Assembly (NCBI GenBank): GCA_965116025.1 | Contig: OZ220480.1 | Span: 256,001 to 320,000, forward strand | DNA: 64,000 bases | Direction: 5' to 3' | DNA from: an uncultured candidatus Porisulfidus sp. | GTDB taxonomy: Bacteria > Pseudomonadota > Gammaproteobacteria > Poriferisulfidales > Poriferisulfidaceae | In this document: piece by piece, positions 52,311 through 64,000 of the stretch | Position numbering within the stretch: position 1 is the first letter of the stretch | Layout: the number at the start of each line of letters is the position of its first letter | Notes under the pieces: model-generated | Databases searched by the model: none | What the model was told of the DNA's origin: nothing | The model's input: the letters and a program-made list of their open reading frames with translations, nothing else | Translations under genes and position numbers: made by a program

Positions 52311-53038
52311 TCGACTGGACCCCAAGCACCGCGTTGCTCCCAAATGTCGCTAATAAGCTGCAAGCTTTCGGAGTCATCAAGTAATTCGAAAGCCATCGAT
52401 GCATTTCGTCTAGTCACTTCCTTGGCTAATTCCCGATACTGCTCACGGCGAAGTAATTGCTCTCCCTCTTCCGGAAATACAAACCGTATGAAGGCTCGAG
52501 CCAATTGCGGAACGCTTCCGAAATCGATTCTCACGATATGAGATTGCCAAATATCAACATCTCCCCGACGAGACAATTCGTACGGATCTTCCAACGTGGA
52601 ATCGAAAACTGCCTGTGCGCATAACCACAAGTAAGCATACATCCCCGCCTTCATCTGTCTCAATCCGAAATACTGCTCCCGCGCATGCCCTGTTTCTTGA
52701 GCTGGATAACGCCAATCAACGAGTTGCCCGAGATCGCCATCTAACGAAAACGTCAGCCAGCGCCAGAATCCCGCATCGCCAGCAATGATCGAAGGCAACT
52801 CAAGACGCTGATGTACCAACGACGCTGCCTGTCGTTCGAACGAATAGCCTGGTTTGCCAAGCTCATGAGCCAACTCCCACAGAACATTGGACAGGGCAAC
52901 TGATCTGGCTTTGTCGAAATCTGCTCCACTTGCTTGCACCGTTGCCTCTTGGACAATGGATTCGATCTCCTGCTCATCCAAGTATGCAGCGAATGCGCGA
53001 CGAGCCGCCTCCTCTGACAGGGTCGGATAAGACGACAC
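52307..53038 (-). CDS. Hypothetical protein, DUF6339-like
   Basis: 243-aa ORF with VHQRL...AGDAGFWRWL...VDWRY...YLWL, recalled as DUF6339-like. Not verified by a search. Confidence 0.5.
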   Translation of the reverse strand: MSSYPTLSEEAARRAFAAYLDEQEIESIVQEATVQASGADFDKARSVALSNVLWELAHELGKPGYSFERQAASLVHQRLELPSIIAGDAGFWRWLTFSLDGDLGQLVDWRYPAQETGHAREQYFGLRQMKAGMYAYLWLCAQAVFDSTLEDPYELSRRGDVDIWQSHIVRIDFGSVPQLARAFIRFVFPEEGEQLLRREQYRELAKEVTRRNASMAFELLDDSESLQLISDIWEQRGAWGPVE

Positions 53039-53050
53039 CGTGACTTTTCC

Positions 53051-53977
53051 CTATAGTTTGGCGAAGGAATGGTTGAGACCAACGTGATGTTGAGCCCATG
53101 CGTGGATTATTCCTATGAAATTTGGTCGCTCCATCAGTGCCAAAATTTCTTCATCGCTTAGTCTCGAAGAGGCCGACAACCATTCAAACATGACCCTCCT
53201 CAGTCCAGTTTCCTCAATGGGCTTCTCACCTTTATCGATCGCCCTTATAGCCAGCTCAGAGAAAATCGCCGCAGCCATTTCGTAGAGAATTAGATCTGAT
53301 ATTTCTCCGTCGTTCTCTAGAATTTGAAATGCTTCCCTAAGATTTTCGTTCAATAGAATTTCGACAGTGTCAGCAGGAGTACGCTCCAGATCCTCCCCCA
53401 ACCAATTAATAGTCCACACGGTACCCCGAGACATTCCAAGTTCTTCGAATTTCTCAGGAGACACCCAACGGGCCGGAATCTTTGAGGACTGGGCCATGGC
53501 GCGTATCTTGAAAGTACGGCGAGCTACGACATCTGCTTTGTGAAACGCGATACCGGACCCCCGTCTCGCAGTCTCCATGGGTGTCACTACCACGCTGATG
53601 TCCACCCGCTCAGACTGCGAAAAATCCGACCACGCGGCGGTCAGTTCGACAGGCTCATCAGGTAGTGCTTGAGCCTCACACTGATACACTCTTGCAAATC
53701 GATTTAGGTCTCGGTCACGGATTACCACAGACACGATTATTTCATTGGAATCCAAACCCGTGGCACTTGCGAGTTCGTCCAGATCGGCCTCAATTCGAAG
53801 CGCCGGCTGGAAGTTCGTCCAGAAATCCAACGTCGTAATTACTCGCGTGTCCGAATAGTCGAAAGATTCAGAAGGACCAAGCCGAAGCGCACAGGATTTT
53901 AGTCCTCCGCTAGACATCCTGAAGGGATTGATGAACTCGGTCTCATTCGCACTCCAAGAAATTTTTGCCCGGCTCAT
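53051..53977 (-). CDS. Hypothetical protein (308 aa)
   Basis: Long ORF with a 4-nt (ATGA) overlap with the upstream gene. No motif recognised. Confidence 0.7.
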   Translation of the reverse strand: MSRAKISWSANETEFINPFRMSSGGLKSCALRLGPSESFDYSDTRVITTLDFWTNFQPALRIEADLDELASATGLDSNEIIVSVVIRDRDLNRFARVYQCEAQALPDEPVELTAAWSDFSQSERVDISVVVTPMETARRGSGIAFHKADVVARRTFKIRAMAQSSKIPARWVSPEKFEELGMSRGTVWTINWLGEDLERTPADTVEILLNENLREAFQILENDGEISDLILYEMAAAIFSELAIRAIDKGEKPIEETGLRRVMFEWLSASSRLSDEEILALMERPNFIGIIHAWAQHHVGLNHSFAKL

Positions 53978-55815
53978 ACGTCCTCATCCCCAAGGGACAC
54001 CGACGACCTTTTCGTGACCGTCACCGTCCAACGCGTTCTCCAAGTTTGCCGCACCCGAGCCGATGCGCGGAACGTCAAGGCTACGTCTGGAATGAGATCG
54101 ACGTCAAACGTGCCTGAGCGGTTGGATATCGATTCGCCTTTGTCATCAAACACGGTGCACGAAAGGTATGTACTCGGTCTGGCCTCTGCATCTTCTAGGA
54201 CCTGCAAAACGGCTTTCACCCTGCAGCTAACTGGCTCAAGGCTGACCCCTTCCGCCAATGCGATAGTGAAATCAAGATAATCAACTACGGGCTCACCCTC
54301 AAGGTCTCGCCACCCCTCTTTGTGAACGGTGAACGCCCTTCGTGCCAACTCTGGACGAAGTGGAAGCCCTTTTTTTCTTTTTCGGAATATGGGCCCAAGT
54401 ATCTCATCAAGGAAACTCAGACTCTCGCTCTTCGTCCTACAAATTACTTCCTTTTGTCGCGTTTGAAAATCCCGAAAGGTATCTTTCACACGGCTATGCG
54501 CGAGGCGAACTAAATCAACCGCTTGATCACCCAATGATCTTTGAAGTCGAGAACTGTTACAGTTCCACTCGTCGTGCGCCTCAGGCTCGGACAGAGCGAA
54601 ACATTTTTCGGTATCCTCACCGACAACCTCAAACACGCCAACGGCATTCGGATCGCCTTCTCTAGCATAACTCGATTTGTACTGAATCACCAAACCACCG
54701 CGAATGAGAGCTACGGTATTGGCTAGTTCGTTATGCTTTGCTTCAATTTCGCGGAGTGCCTTCAAGCATAGATGTCCGATCTCTCCATGAGCCTGGAGCT
54801 CAACTTTCTTGCTCTCATAACCTTCAGGTTTTACACCCAGCCGAATGTTTGAGAAGCAATCAATGAACGGTTTGATATCTGATCTATAGCGTGGATTCGG
54901 GGACGGAAGTTTGGCATCACCATCGAAAAACTCTAAGTCAACGTAAGATTCCGAATGTTCATCGAACATCCGTGGCCACCAGAATTTTTCGCATGCCTCA
55001 CGACAATCATATGGGGACAAATCGCAATCCAATAACATCACCGTCAAGCCGGTATCATCCGATGGCCTTGTTTCCAATCCTACGCTCTCCGCAAGCTCAT
55101 GAGCACTGGCATCAACAAGCGGCCTTGCAGGATAATCATCCGTTCCCGACGAATTGCCGAAAAACGCATGCCCTGTGTAATCACGTTCATCCAAACAGTG
55201 GCTTGGCAAGAACGCCGTGGCCATGAATCTCGCGCTCGTACCATCCGTGGATTCGCTGGGATCGAAACAGGAATAATATGCCATCATACGAATTCTGGAT
55301 GACGCGGCATAAACCATTTTTCCAACTCCGTATGAGCCCAACAACCCCCCATCGTTTTCCAATTTGTGGGACTCATAGATGGAGAGAACCAAATTGTAAA
55401 ATTGGCTTTTCACGCCGTCTGAAGTTCGCCAATTTCCGCCTAGGCCGTTGGTATTGTGATCAGAGAGGAGTAGAACAGAAATTGGAATGTCTGGATCCTT
55501 CAAATTTCCAAGGCAAGTCTCTTTATATTTGAACCAGCCATGCGCCTCTGGAAATGATCTTGCGCGTTCCGAGATTTCTTCAAGTCTAAACTTGCCGACC
55601 AAGACGGATTTCTCGTCGCCGAGAAATTGCCTCCGTCTCACGGAGAAACGTACAGGCCCATCGGCATCTCTACACCGCTCGTCAGCCGAGTTTTGTATGG
55701 CTTCCCGCATGAGAAGCTCGACATCAGTCAAGCTTGTATGCGACAAAGGATTCGCCATTTTGTCAGCAGGAACCATCATCGCGGCCTGCGGCAAGAAATG
55801 CCACTTCGGATCCAT
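53974..55815 (-). CDS. GHKL (HATPase/MORC-like) domain protein
   Basis: N-box LMREAIQNSADE, G1-like SDHNTNGLGG and G2-like GSYGVGK. RBS GAGG precedes ATG 55815. Confidence 0.65.
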   Translation of the reverse strand: MDPKWHFLPQAAMMVPADKMANPLSHTSLTDVELLMREAIQNSADERCRDADGPVRFSVRRRQFLGDEKSVLVGKFRLEEISERARSFPEAHGWFKYKETCLGNLKDPDIPISVLLLSDHNTNGLGGNWRTSDGVKSQFYNLVLSIYESHKLENDGGLLGSYGVGKMVYAASSRIRMMAYYSCFDPSESTDGTSARFMATAFLPSHCLDERDYTGHAFFGNSSGTDDYPARPLVDASAHELAESVGLETRPSDDTGLTVMLLDCDLSPYDCREACEKFWWPRMFDEHSESYVDLEFFDGDAKLPSPNPRYRSDIKPFIDCFSNIRLGVKPEGYESKKVELQAHGEIGHLCLKALREIEAKHNELANTVALIRGGLVIQYKSSYAREGDPNAVGVFEVVGEDTEKCFALSEPEAHDEWNCNSSRLQRSLGDQAVDLVRLAHSRVKDTFRDFQTRQKEVICRTKSESLSFLDEILGPIFRKRKKGLPLRPELARRAFTVHKEGWRDLEGEPVVDYLDFTIALAEGVSLEPVSCRVKAVLQVLEDAEARPSTYLSCTVFDDKGESISNRSGTFDVDLIPDVALTFRASARVRQTWRTRWTVTVTKRSSVSLGDEDV

Positions 55816-55823
55816 CGCGTCCT

Positions 55824-56123
55824 CTATCCGCGGCCGTCCATGCATCCAATAGGGATAGAATCTCCGTGCTTGAGAATTGTCCGTATGTGCTGATTTATAG
55901 CGATGCAACAATTCTCAAAGGCTTCCGGCTCAGAATCGCCTGATACATGAACACCCTTGAGCTCAGAACAATAAGCATGGAAGGTGCCCTCGTCCGGTTC
56001 GATGATGACCCGTACCTTGATCTTCGACTCTGATTCAGAAGCTCTTTTAGATCTGGATGAACGCAAAATTTGTTCCCGCGATCCAAACCGGACCAATTTC
56101 GCGCAGAAAAAATAATACGCCAC
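55824..56123 (-). CDS. HicB-like antitoxin
   Basis: VIIEPDEGTFHAYCSELKGVHVSGDSEPEAFEN...HGDSIP. AGGAG RBS precedes the GTG start. Confidence 0.75.
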   Translation of the reverse strand: MAYYFFCAKLVRFGSREQILRSSRSKRASESESKIKVRVIIEPDEGTFHAYCSELKGVHVSGDSEPEAFENCCIAINQHIRTILKHGDSIPIGCMDGRG

Positions 56124-56157
56124 CGCTTCAACTCCTAAAATATAATGACATTGTAAC

Positions 56158-56936
56158 CTAGCGATTCATATCCGAAGTCCTCGCCCAAGGCTCTCCGGGC
56201 AATTTATCGACAAGAGCGATAAACACATCGCGAAACATCTCTTCTGCGGATTCTTCCGCCAGCGCTTCCGCCTTCGCCGCTGGCAACAGAAGCCGTATAT
56301 TGAGCAGAAAGCGCGGGTTGTCGAGCTTAGCGAACATCCGCTCCTGCGCCTGCGCGCGCGTGATGGTTTGGCCAGTCAGGTCGAGATGGTGGCGAAGCAT
56401 CTTGACGATTCGCCTGGTCTCCAGTCCATCGAAAACCCTGAGCGCATGCGCGAGATCGAAAAGGTCGGGATCGACGCTTCGCCGGAGAACCACGGATTCT
56501 CAAACCTTGAACGGTAAAGTTATTGGCGCGTCGAAAGCTCGGGTCTCGCGCGTATTGATCTCGATCTTCAACCGGATCCACGCTCCGTTTCCATTTTCCG
56601 CCTCGACTCGAAAACGAAGCTTTGGCGCGGTCTGACTCTGGTCGAAACTAGCGATCCGAGCCATGGCTCCAGAACGACGCGTAATTGGTCGAGAATTAGA
56701 CCGATTGGACCGCCGGACACGCGAACGAGGTCAATATCTTCAGAGTAGCGCAGCGGCTCCGAAAAGTGCAGTTTGTTGAGCGCCGTGCCACCTCGCAAGC
56801 GTAGTGCCTCGCGTAGCGCATCATCCGAGAAAATATCCACGAGAGCGCGGCTGAGTATGAGATCCTGCTCGACTTGCCGCTGATCCACCCAAGGGACAAC
56901 ATTGCCCCAAGCGATGACGTTTTGCGCCGGAATCAC
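56158..56936 (-). pseudogene. AbiEii-family nucleotidyltransferase toxin, degraded
   Basis: QVEQDL and RGGTALNKL...RYSEDIDL, then frame changes near 56653 and 56502. PKLRFR...LKIEINTRE and ENPWFSG...IPTF lie in other frames, and FDLAHAL...MFAKL follows in the 56158-56493 ORF. Confidence 0.85.
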
Positions 56937-57760
56937 CCGTCGACCTCCGGCGCTCGCCGCGCGATAACCCGCCAGCGCGTATCGCGCTCCTGTGGGTCGG
57001 GCGCGAAAAATAGTTTTCCGGCTTTCCGGCGGTCAAGTTCAGTCCAGCGGCGCTCTCCCCTCGTCCGTAGCGCGCTCAGCATTGAGTCCGTCAGATTCTT
57101 ATGGCCAAGACGATCCAACAGGTATCCGAGACGCTGGACGACTGGCCGCTCCACCGTGACGGACAAGGCAGCGAGCTGGTCAGCGTCGATCTTCGGGCCA
57201 AGATCGGAAAGCGCCGTGGCGACATTGTCGATCCCGGCGGACGCCTGCGGGTAGCGCAACAAATCAAGAGCGGTGAGCGCGGGCGAGGATATCTTCATCG
57301 CGCCGGTATCGGTCTTGCGATGCTCGATTCCCGCCCCGATAGATTCCATGTCTCTGCGAAAGTAAAAGACGACCATGCTTCGCCCGGCGCGGATCTTGGG
57401 AAGGCGCTTGGCCGAGACGGTCTGAAATTCCATTATGGCTTGATGAGTCGCCCCATGAAATTCCGCGGCTTTGAGAAGCCCGACATAGTACGCTTGACCC
57501 TCGTAGCGCATGAGCTCGTCGATGTACCAAGTCGGTGGTGGCGCGCCCCAAGACGAGAATTGCGGGGGAACGACGACATAGAAACCCTGTCGAGGAGCCA
57601 GCAAGACCCCGCCGCGCTGCAGCCGCTCCGCGGCATCCAAGAACGCGCCATGCCCGAGGCCCAGTTTTTCTTCGGCCTCCTCGGCGGTGAAAACCACGCG
57701 CCCTCTCGAGAGAAGGCTAATGGCATAGTTTGACAGAACCGAACGTTGACCATTAATCAT
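56933..57760 (-). CDS. AbiEi-family type IV TA antitoxin / transcriptional regulator
   Basis: GRVVFT wHTH, PRQGFYVVVPP, YYVGLLKAAEFHGATHQA, SSPALTALDL and QRLGYLLD. GTGA overlap with the AbiEii gene. Confidence 0.85.
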   Translation of the reverse strand: MINGQRSVLSNYAISLLSRGRVVFTAEEAEEKLGLGHGAFLDAAERLQRGGVLLAPRQGFYVVVPPQFSSWGAPPPTWYIDELMRYEGQAYYVGLLKAAEFHGATHQAIMEFQTVSAKRLPKIRAGRSMVVFYFRRDMESIGAGIEHRKTDTGAMKISSPALTALDLLRYPQASAGIDNVATALSDLGPKIDADQLAALSVTVERPVVQRLGYLLDRLGHKNLTDSMLSALRTRGERRWTELDRRKAGKLFFAPDPQERDTRWRVIARRAPEVDG

Positions 57761-57821
57761 GAATGCCTTCGCCTCATAAACGCGGAATCCCCGGCCAAAC
57801 CCCACGATGAGAAATAGATTC

Positions 57822-57859
57822 GTTAATAAGATATCCGCTATATGTTCGGATATATTAAC
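57822..57859. promoter_or_regulatory. Inverted repeat upstream of abiEi, a candidate operator
   Basis: GTTAAT-AAG-ATATCCG-(9 nt)-CGGATAT-ATTAAC. Confidence 0.5.
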
Positions 57860-57929
57860 ATGATTTACAGGAAATCATGCGTAGTCATCGAAGCGATAAG
57901 GTGACAGGCGAAACTATTCGCCCCCCTGA

Positions 57930-59960
<2,031 letters not shown>

Positions 59961-59962
59961 GC

Positions 59963-62230
59963 ATGTCCCAAACCTCGCTGTTCGAATCCCGGGAAGCCAA
60001 CCCCAGCGCCCGGCCACTCGCCACGTTCGTGGAGGACGCCTACCTCAACTACTCCATGTACGTCATACTCGACCGCGCTCTCCCGCACTTGGCCGACGGC
60101 CTGAAGCCGGTGCAGCGGCGCATCGTGTACGCCATGTCAGAGCTCGGCTTGAAAGCCACGAGCAAACCCAAGAAGTCCGCGCGCGCCATCGGCGACGTCA
60201 TCGGGAAATACCACCCCCACGGCGACCAAGCCTGCTACGAGGCCATGGTCCTGATGGCTCAGGATTTCGCGTACCGCTATCCCTTAGTCGCGGGCCAAGG
60301 CAATTGGGGCTCGGCCGACGACCCGAAGTCCTTCGCCGCCATGCGCTACACGGAGGCGCGCCTGACCCCCTACGCGCAAGCCTTGCTGGCGGAACTGGAC
60401 CAAGCCACCGTCGATTGGCAGCCCAACTTCGACGGCGCTCTGGAAGAGCCACGGCTTCTGCCCGCGCGCCTGCCCAACGTGCTGCTCAACGGCACGACCG
60501 GCATCGCGGTCGGCCTGTCCACCGACATCCCGCCGCACAATCTGCGCGAGGTCGTCAACGCGTGCGTCAAACTTTTGGAAAGCCCCCGGTCCTCCGTGGC
60601 CGAACTGTGCGAGCACGTGAAAGGGCCGGACTACCCGACCGGAGGCGAGATCCTCTCCTCGCCGGAAGAACTGCGCCAGATCTACGAGACCGGAACCGGG
60701 ACCATCCGCGTCCGAGCTAGCATCGTCGACGAGAAAGAGGGGCTGGTCGTCACCGCGTTGCCTTACCAAGTTTCCGGCTCGCGCGTCATGACGCAGATCG
60801 CGCAGCAGATGCGCGAGAAAAAACTGCCCATGGTCGAGGACCTGCGCGACGAATCCGACCATGAGACCCCGACGCGGCTGGTGATCGTCCCCCGAAACAA
60901 ACGAGTGGACCGAGAGGCGCTTCTGCTGCACCTGTTCGCCACCACCGACCTGGAGAGGTCGGCGCGAGTCAACCTCAACGTCATCGACTTGGACCGCCGC
61001 CCGAAGATCATGGACCTGCGCTCCCTGCTGCGATCTTGGCTGGAGTTTCGCAAGAACGCCGTCACCCGCCGGCTGAACCACCGACTGGAGGCGGTCAACA
61101 GGCGATTGCATCTACTGGAGGGCCTGCTCGTCGCGCACGCCAACTTGGACGAGGTCATCCGCATCATCCGAAACGAGGACGAGCCTAAGCCCGTATTGAT
61201 GAGAACGTTTCTCCTGAGCCAGGAGCAGGCCGAGGCGATTCTGGAGATCCGCCTGCGGCAGCTGGCGAAGCTGGAGCGCGAGAAGCTGGAGCGCGAGCGA
61301 CGGGACCTCGTCGCCGAGAAAGAGAGGATCGAGAAAACCCTCGCCTCTCCCGCCCGCCTGAAAACCTTGATCAAGAAAGAGTTGCGGGAAGATGCCGAGC
61401 GCTACGGCGATGATCGGCGTAGCTGGATCGTGTCGGACGCTCCGCAGGCGCGGGCGATGGACCTGTCGAAACTCGCTCCCGCGGAGTCCGTGACCGTGGT
61501 CCTGTCCCGAAGCGGGCTCGCGCGCTCCGCCAAAGGCCACGAGATCGATCCCTCCACGCTATCCTATAAGACCGACGACGCTCTGCAGGCCAGCGCGCGC
61601 GCGCGGAGCAACCAAACCGCGCGGTTCCTCGACAGCCACGGGCGAGTGTACGCCATGCCGGTGGCTCGGCTGCCTTCCGCGCGTAATTTCGGCGAACCTC
61701 TGACGCGGCATTTCACTCCCCCGTCTGGAGCGCGATTCATCGGAGTGATGACCAACGAGCCGGATTTTCACTGGCTGCTGGGCACCAGCTTCGGCTACGG
61801 ATTTCTCATCCCCAATGATCGTCTCGAGACCCGAAGCAAGTCTGGACGCGCCACCCTGACCGTGCCGGACGGAGCCATCGCGTTGCAGCCCCACCCCGTG
61901 CCGGATCCGAATCGGACCTACGTTGTGGCCGCGACCAGCGCCGGAAACCTGCTGATGGTCAAGGCGTCGGAATTGCCGGTTCTCGGCCGGGGACGCGGCA
62001 ACAAAGTTATCCAAATCGCCGGAACTCAAATAAAAGACCCCAAGGGCGAGCGAGTCACGATGCTGGCCACCTTGACGGAAAAGCAGGCCCTGGTCCTGTT
62101 CACCCGAGCGGCCCACCGAGTCATGCACTTCAAGGACCTTCTCGAGCACCAGGGATCGCGAGGCGGGCGTGGAGTCAAGCTGTCTAAGAGCTGGCTGAAC
62201 TTCCAGCGCTTCGAGGTTCGGGACTTATAA
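59963..62230 (+). CDS. parC: DNA topoisomerase IV subunit A
   Basis: [32 protein letters not shown] and [11 protein letters not shown]. Confidence 0.96.
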   Translation: MSQTSLFESREANPSARPLATFVEDAYLNYSMYVILDRALPHLADGLKPVQRRIVYAMSELGLKATSKPKKSARAIGDVIGKYHPHGDQACYEAMVLMAQDFAYRYPLVAGQGNWGSADDPKSFAAMRYTEARLTPYAQALLAELDQATVDWQPNFDGALEEPRLLPARLPNVLLNGTTGIAVGLSTDIPPHNLREVVNACVKLLESPRSSVAELCEHVKGPDYPTGGEILSSPEELRQIYETGTGTIRVRASIVDEKEGLVVTALPYQVSGSRVMTQIAQQMREKKLPMVEDLRDESDHETPTRLVIVPRNKRVDREALLLHLFATTDLERSARVNLNVIDLDRRPKIMDLRSLLRSWLEFRKNAVTRRLNHRLEAVNRRLHLLEGLLVAHANLDEVIRIIRNEDEPKPVLMRTFLLSQEQAEAILEIRLRQLAKLEREKLERERRDLVAEKERIEKTLASPARLKTLIKKELREDAERYGDDRRSWIVSDAPQARAMDLSKLAPAESVTVVLSRSGLARSAKGHEIDPSTLSYKTDDALQASARARSNQTARFLDSHGRVYAMPVARLPSARNFGEPLTRHFTPPSGARFIGVMTNEPDFHWLLGTSFGYGFLIPNDRLETRSKSGRATLTVPDGAIALQPHPVPDPNRTYVVAATSAGNLLMVKASELPVLGRGRGNKVIQIAGTQIKDPKGERVTMLATLTEKQALVLFTRAAHRVMHFKDLLEHQGSRGGRGVKLSKSWLNFQRFEVRDL

Positions 62231-62239
62231 TCCGGGGTC

Positions 62240-63133
62240 ATGAGAATTCTTCTATTCCTCGGCGTCAACTTCACCATCCTCCTGGTCCTCGGCATCGTCT
62301 TCTCGATGCTGGGCATCGACGGACTGCTCGACGCCCAGGGCGTTCATCTGGACTTGACGGCGTTGCTGGTCTATTCCCTCGTCATCGGCTTCACGGGCTC
62401 TTTCCTGTCACTCGCCCTATCGAAATGGATCGCCAAGCGAACCATGCGGGTGCGCGTCATTGAGCGACCCGCGAACGGAACGGAGCGATGGCTCGTGGAC
62501 ACGGCGCGCCGGCAAGCGGAAGTCTGCCATATAAAGTCTCCCGAGATCGGGATATTCGAATCCTCGCAACCGAACGCGTTCGCCACCGGAATGAGCAAGA
62601 ATAACGCCTTGGTCGCGGTCAGCGCCGGATTGCTCAAGCAGATGAGCCAAGACGAGGTGGAGGCCGTGTTGGGCCACGAGATGGCCCACGTCGCTAACGG
62701 CGACATGGTGACCATGGCTCTGCTGCAGGGCGTGCTGAACACCTTCGTCGTGTTCTTGTCCCGGGTTATCGGGTTTCTGGTGGACCGATTCGTGTTTCGG
62801 GTGCAGCGCGGATTCGGGCCCGGCTACTACATCGTCTCGATCATCGCGCAGATCTTGCTGTCGGTTCTAGCCACCGTCGTCGTCATGTGGTTCTCCCGGA
62901 GGCGAGAGTTTCGCGCGGACGCGGGCGGGGCCTATCTGGCCGGTCGCGACAAGATGATCTCCGCGCTGCAGCGCCTGCGCGAGGTCAGCCAGCCCCGAGA
63001 CCTTCCAGAAACGATGGCGGCTTTCGGCATCTCCGGGACCCGAGCGACCTCAAGCCTGCGTAGACTTTTCCTTTCGCACCCGCCCTTGGAAGACCGGATT
63101 CGCGCGCTACAGAATAATGAGGTCCAGCCCTGA
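62240..63133 (+). CDS. htpX: Protease HtpX
   Basis: PNAFATG, VLGHEMAHVANGDMVT, FSRRREFRAD and SHPPLEDRI. Confidence 0.95.
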   Translation: MRILLFLGVNFTILLVLGIVFSMLGIDGLLDAQGVHLDLTALLVYSLVIGFTGSFLSLALSKWIAKRTMRVRVIERPANGTERWLVDTARRQAEVCHIKSPEIGIFESSQPNAFATGMSKNNALVAVSAGLLKQMSQDEVEAVLGHEMAHVANGDMVTMALLQGVLNTFVVFLSRVIGFLVDRFVFRVQRGFGPGYYIVSIIAQILLSVLATVVVMWFSRRREFRADAGGAYLAGRDKMISALQRLREVSQPRDLPETMAAFGISGTRATSSLRRLFLSHPPLEDRIRALQNNEVQP

Positions 63134-63139
63134 TTCGCC

Positions 63140-63274
63140 ATGAATCGAGCGGCTAACATCAACCACTCAATTCTGGTCTGGGCGCGAGAGACGGCGGGGC
63201 TTTCACCGAAAGACGCGGCCCATAAAATCGGCCTAATATCGTCACCCCGCAAAAGCGCGAATGCCTACCCCTGA
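63140..63274 (+). pseudogene. Truncated XRE-family HTH gene fragment
   Basis: My translation MNRAANINHSILVWARETAGLSPKDAAHKIGLISSPRKSANAYP* resembles the N-terminus of XRE-HTH/ImmA-type regulators. It stops after 44 codons. Confidence 0.55.
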
Positions 63275-63310
63275 TGAGATTCCGTGGCTGATGCCGGGAT
63301 AGAGCCGAAC

Positions 63311-64000
63311 ATGCTGACGTTCAACGCGATCGACGTGGAGACCGCCAACGCGGACCGAGCCAGCATCTGCCAAATCGGCATCGTGCATGTCCACGACGGC
63401 AAGATTGAGGATGAATGGCAGACCCTGGTGAATCCGGAAGCCCGGTTTGATCCGATGAACGTCTCCGTCCACGGGATCCGCCCCAACAATGTGGCGCGCA
63501 GTCCCAAGCTTCCCCAGATCCGCGACGAGCTACGCGACCGATTGCGGGGATCCGTGCTGGTAAGCCACACCGCGTTTGATCGCGTCGCATTCGAGCGCGC
63601 CACCGAGAGATATGGCCTAGAACAACTCCGGGTCACATGGCTTGACAGCGCCCAAGTCGTCCGACGAGCTTGGCCAGAAAATTACGGGTGCAGAGGATAT
63701 GGGCTCAAAAATGTTGCTGAAGATCTTGATATTTCATTCAAGCATCACGACGCGCTTGAAGATGCCAGAGCGGCCGCGCAGATCATGTTGCGCGCATGCG
63801 CTCACGCGGAAGCGGATATCGAGGAATGGTTGCGTCGGGTTGACCGCCCGGTCTTTCCCAGAGCTCCATCTTCACCGAACCGGGTTTCGGTGAAGCGGAA
63901 AGGCGACACGGAAGGAGCGCTGTTCGGAGAAGCCGTCCTGTTCACGGGAAAGCTCACTATTCCGCGCCAGCAAGCGGCCAACATGGCCGCGGAAGCCGGA
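63311..64000 (+). CDS. DEDDh 3'-5' exonuclease (DnaQ-like) followed by the start of a BRCT-like domain; runs off the window
   Basis: Not in the ORF track. My translation gives MLTFNAIDVETAN...SICQIG...SHTAFD...HHDALEDARAA...LFGEAVLFTGKLTIPRQQAA. Confidence 0.85.
   Translation, partial: MLTFNAIDVETANADRASICQIGIVHVHDGKIEDEWQTLVNPEARFDPMNVSVHGIRPNNVARSPKLPQIRDELRDRLRGSVLVSHTAFDRVAFERATERYGLEQLRVTWLDSAQVVRRAWPENYGCRGYGLKNVAEDLDISFKHHDALEDARAAAQIMLRACAHAEADIEEWLRRVDRPVFPRAPSSPNRVSVKRKGDTEGALFGEAVLFTGKLTIPRQQAANMAAEAG

Larger units (their letters stand above)
49260..57900. mobile_element. Lower-GC accessory/defence island between rph and parE (boundaries approximate)
   Basis: GC is visibly lower with A/T-ending codons. 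All genes are on the minus strand, and the content is TA and methyltransferase genes. No integrase or att repeats were found. Confidence 0.65.

Overview
GC-rich proteobacterial chromosome segment, most likely from a gammaproteobacterial sulfur oxidiser (inferred from an orphan CbbQ and a DsrC/TusE-family protein). Most of the window is housekeeping genes: ispB, ppk1-ppx, ilvD, argD-argF, phoU, xth-pyrE, aroE-hemB, hemF-tsaC-topA, accCB-aroQ, dsbD-cutA, rpmE, hemW-rdgB-rph and parE-parC-htpX. Four accessory regions stand out. (1) A convergent pair of porin genes shares a 1057-bp inverted repeat and conserved 3' ends but has different central loop regions. Only one copy has a promoter, RBS and start codon, which suggests an invertible cassette system for porin variation. 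(2) A complete IS1111-type IS110 element splits a DUF1640-like gene. Its 3' non-coding region contains readable target and donor guide sequences of a bridge/seek RNA. (3) An autotransporter is currently frameshifted OFF by a G17 tract in its signal-peptide region. (4) A lower-GC island between rph and parE carries AbiE (toxin decayed), a HicB-like gene and an unnamed operon: GHKL-like ATPase, hypothetical protein, DUF6339-like protein and C5 methyltransferase. No rRNA, tRNA or CRISPR array was seen. Family assignments come from motif recognition by eye; no database searches were run.
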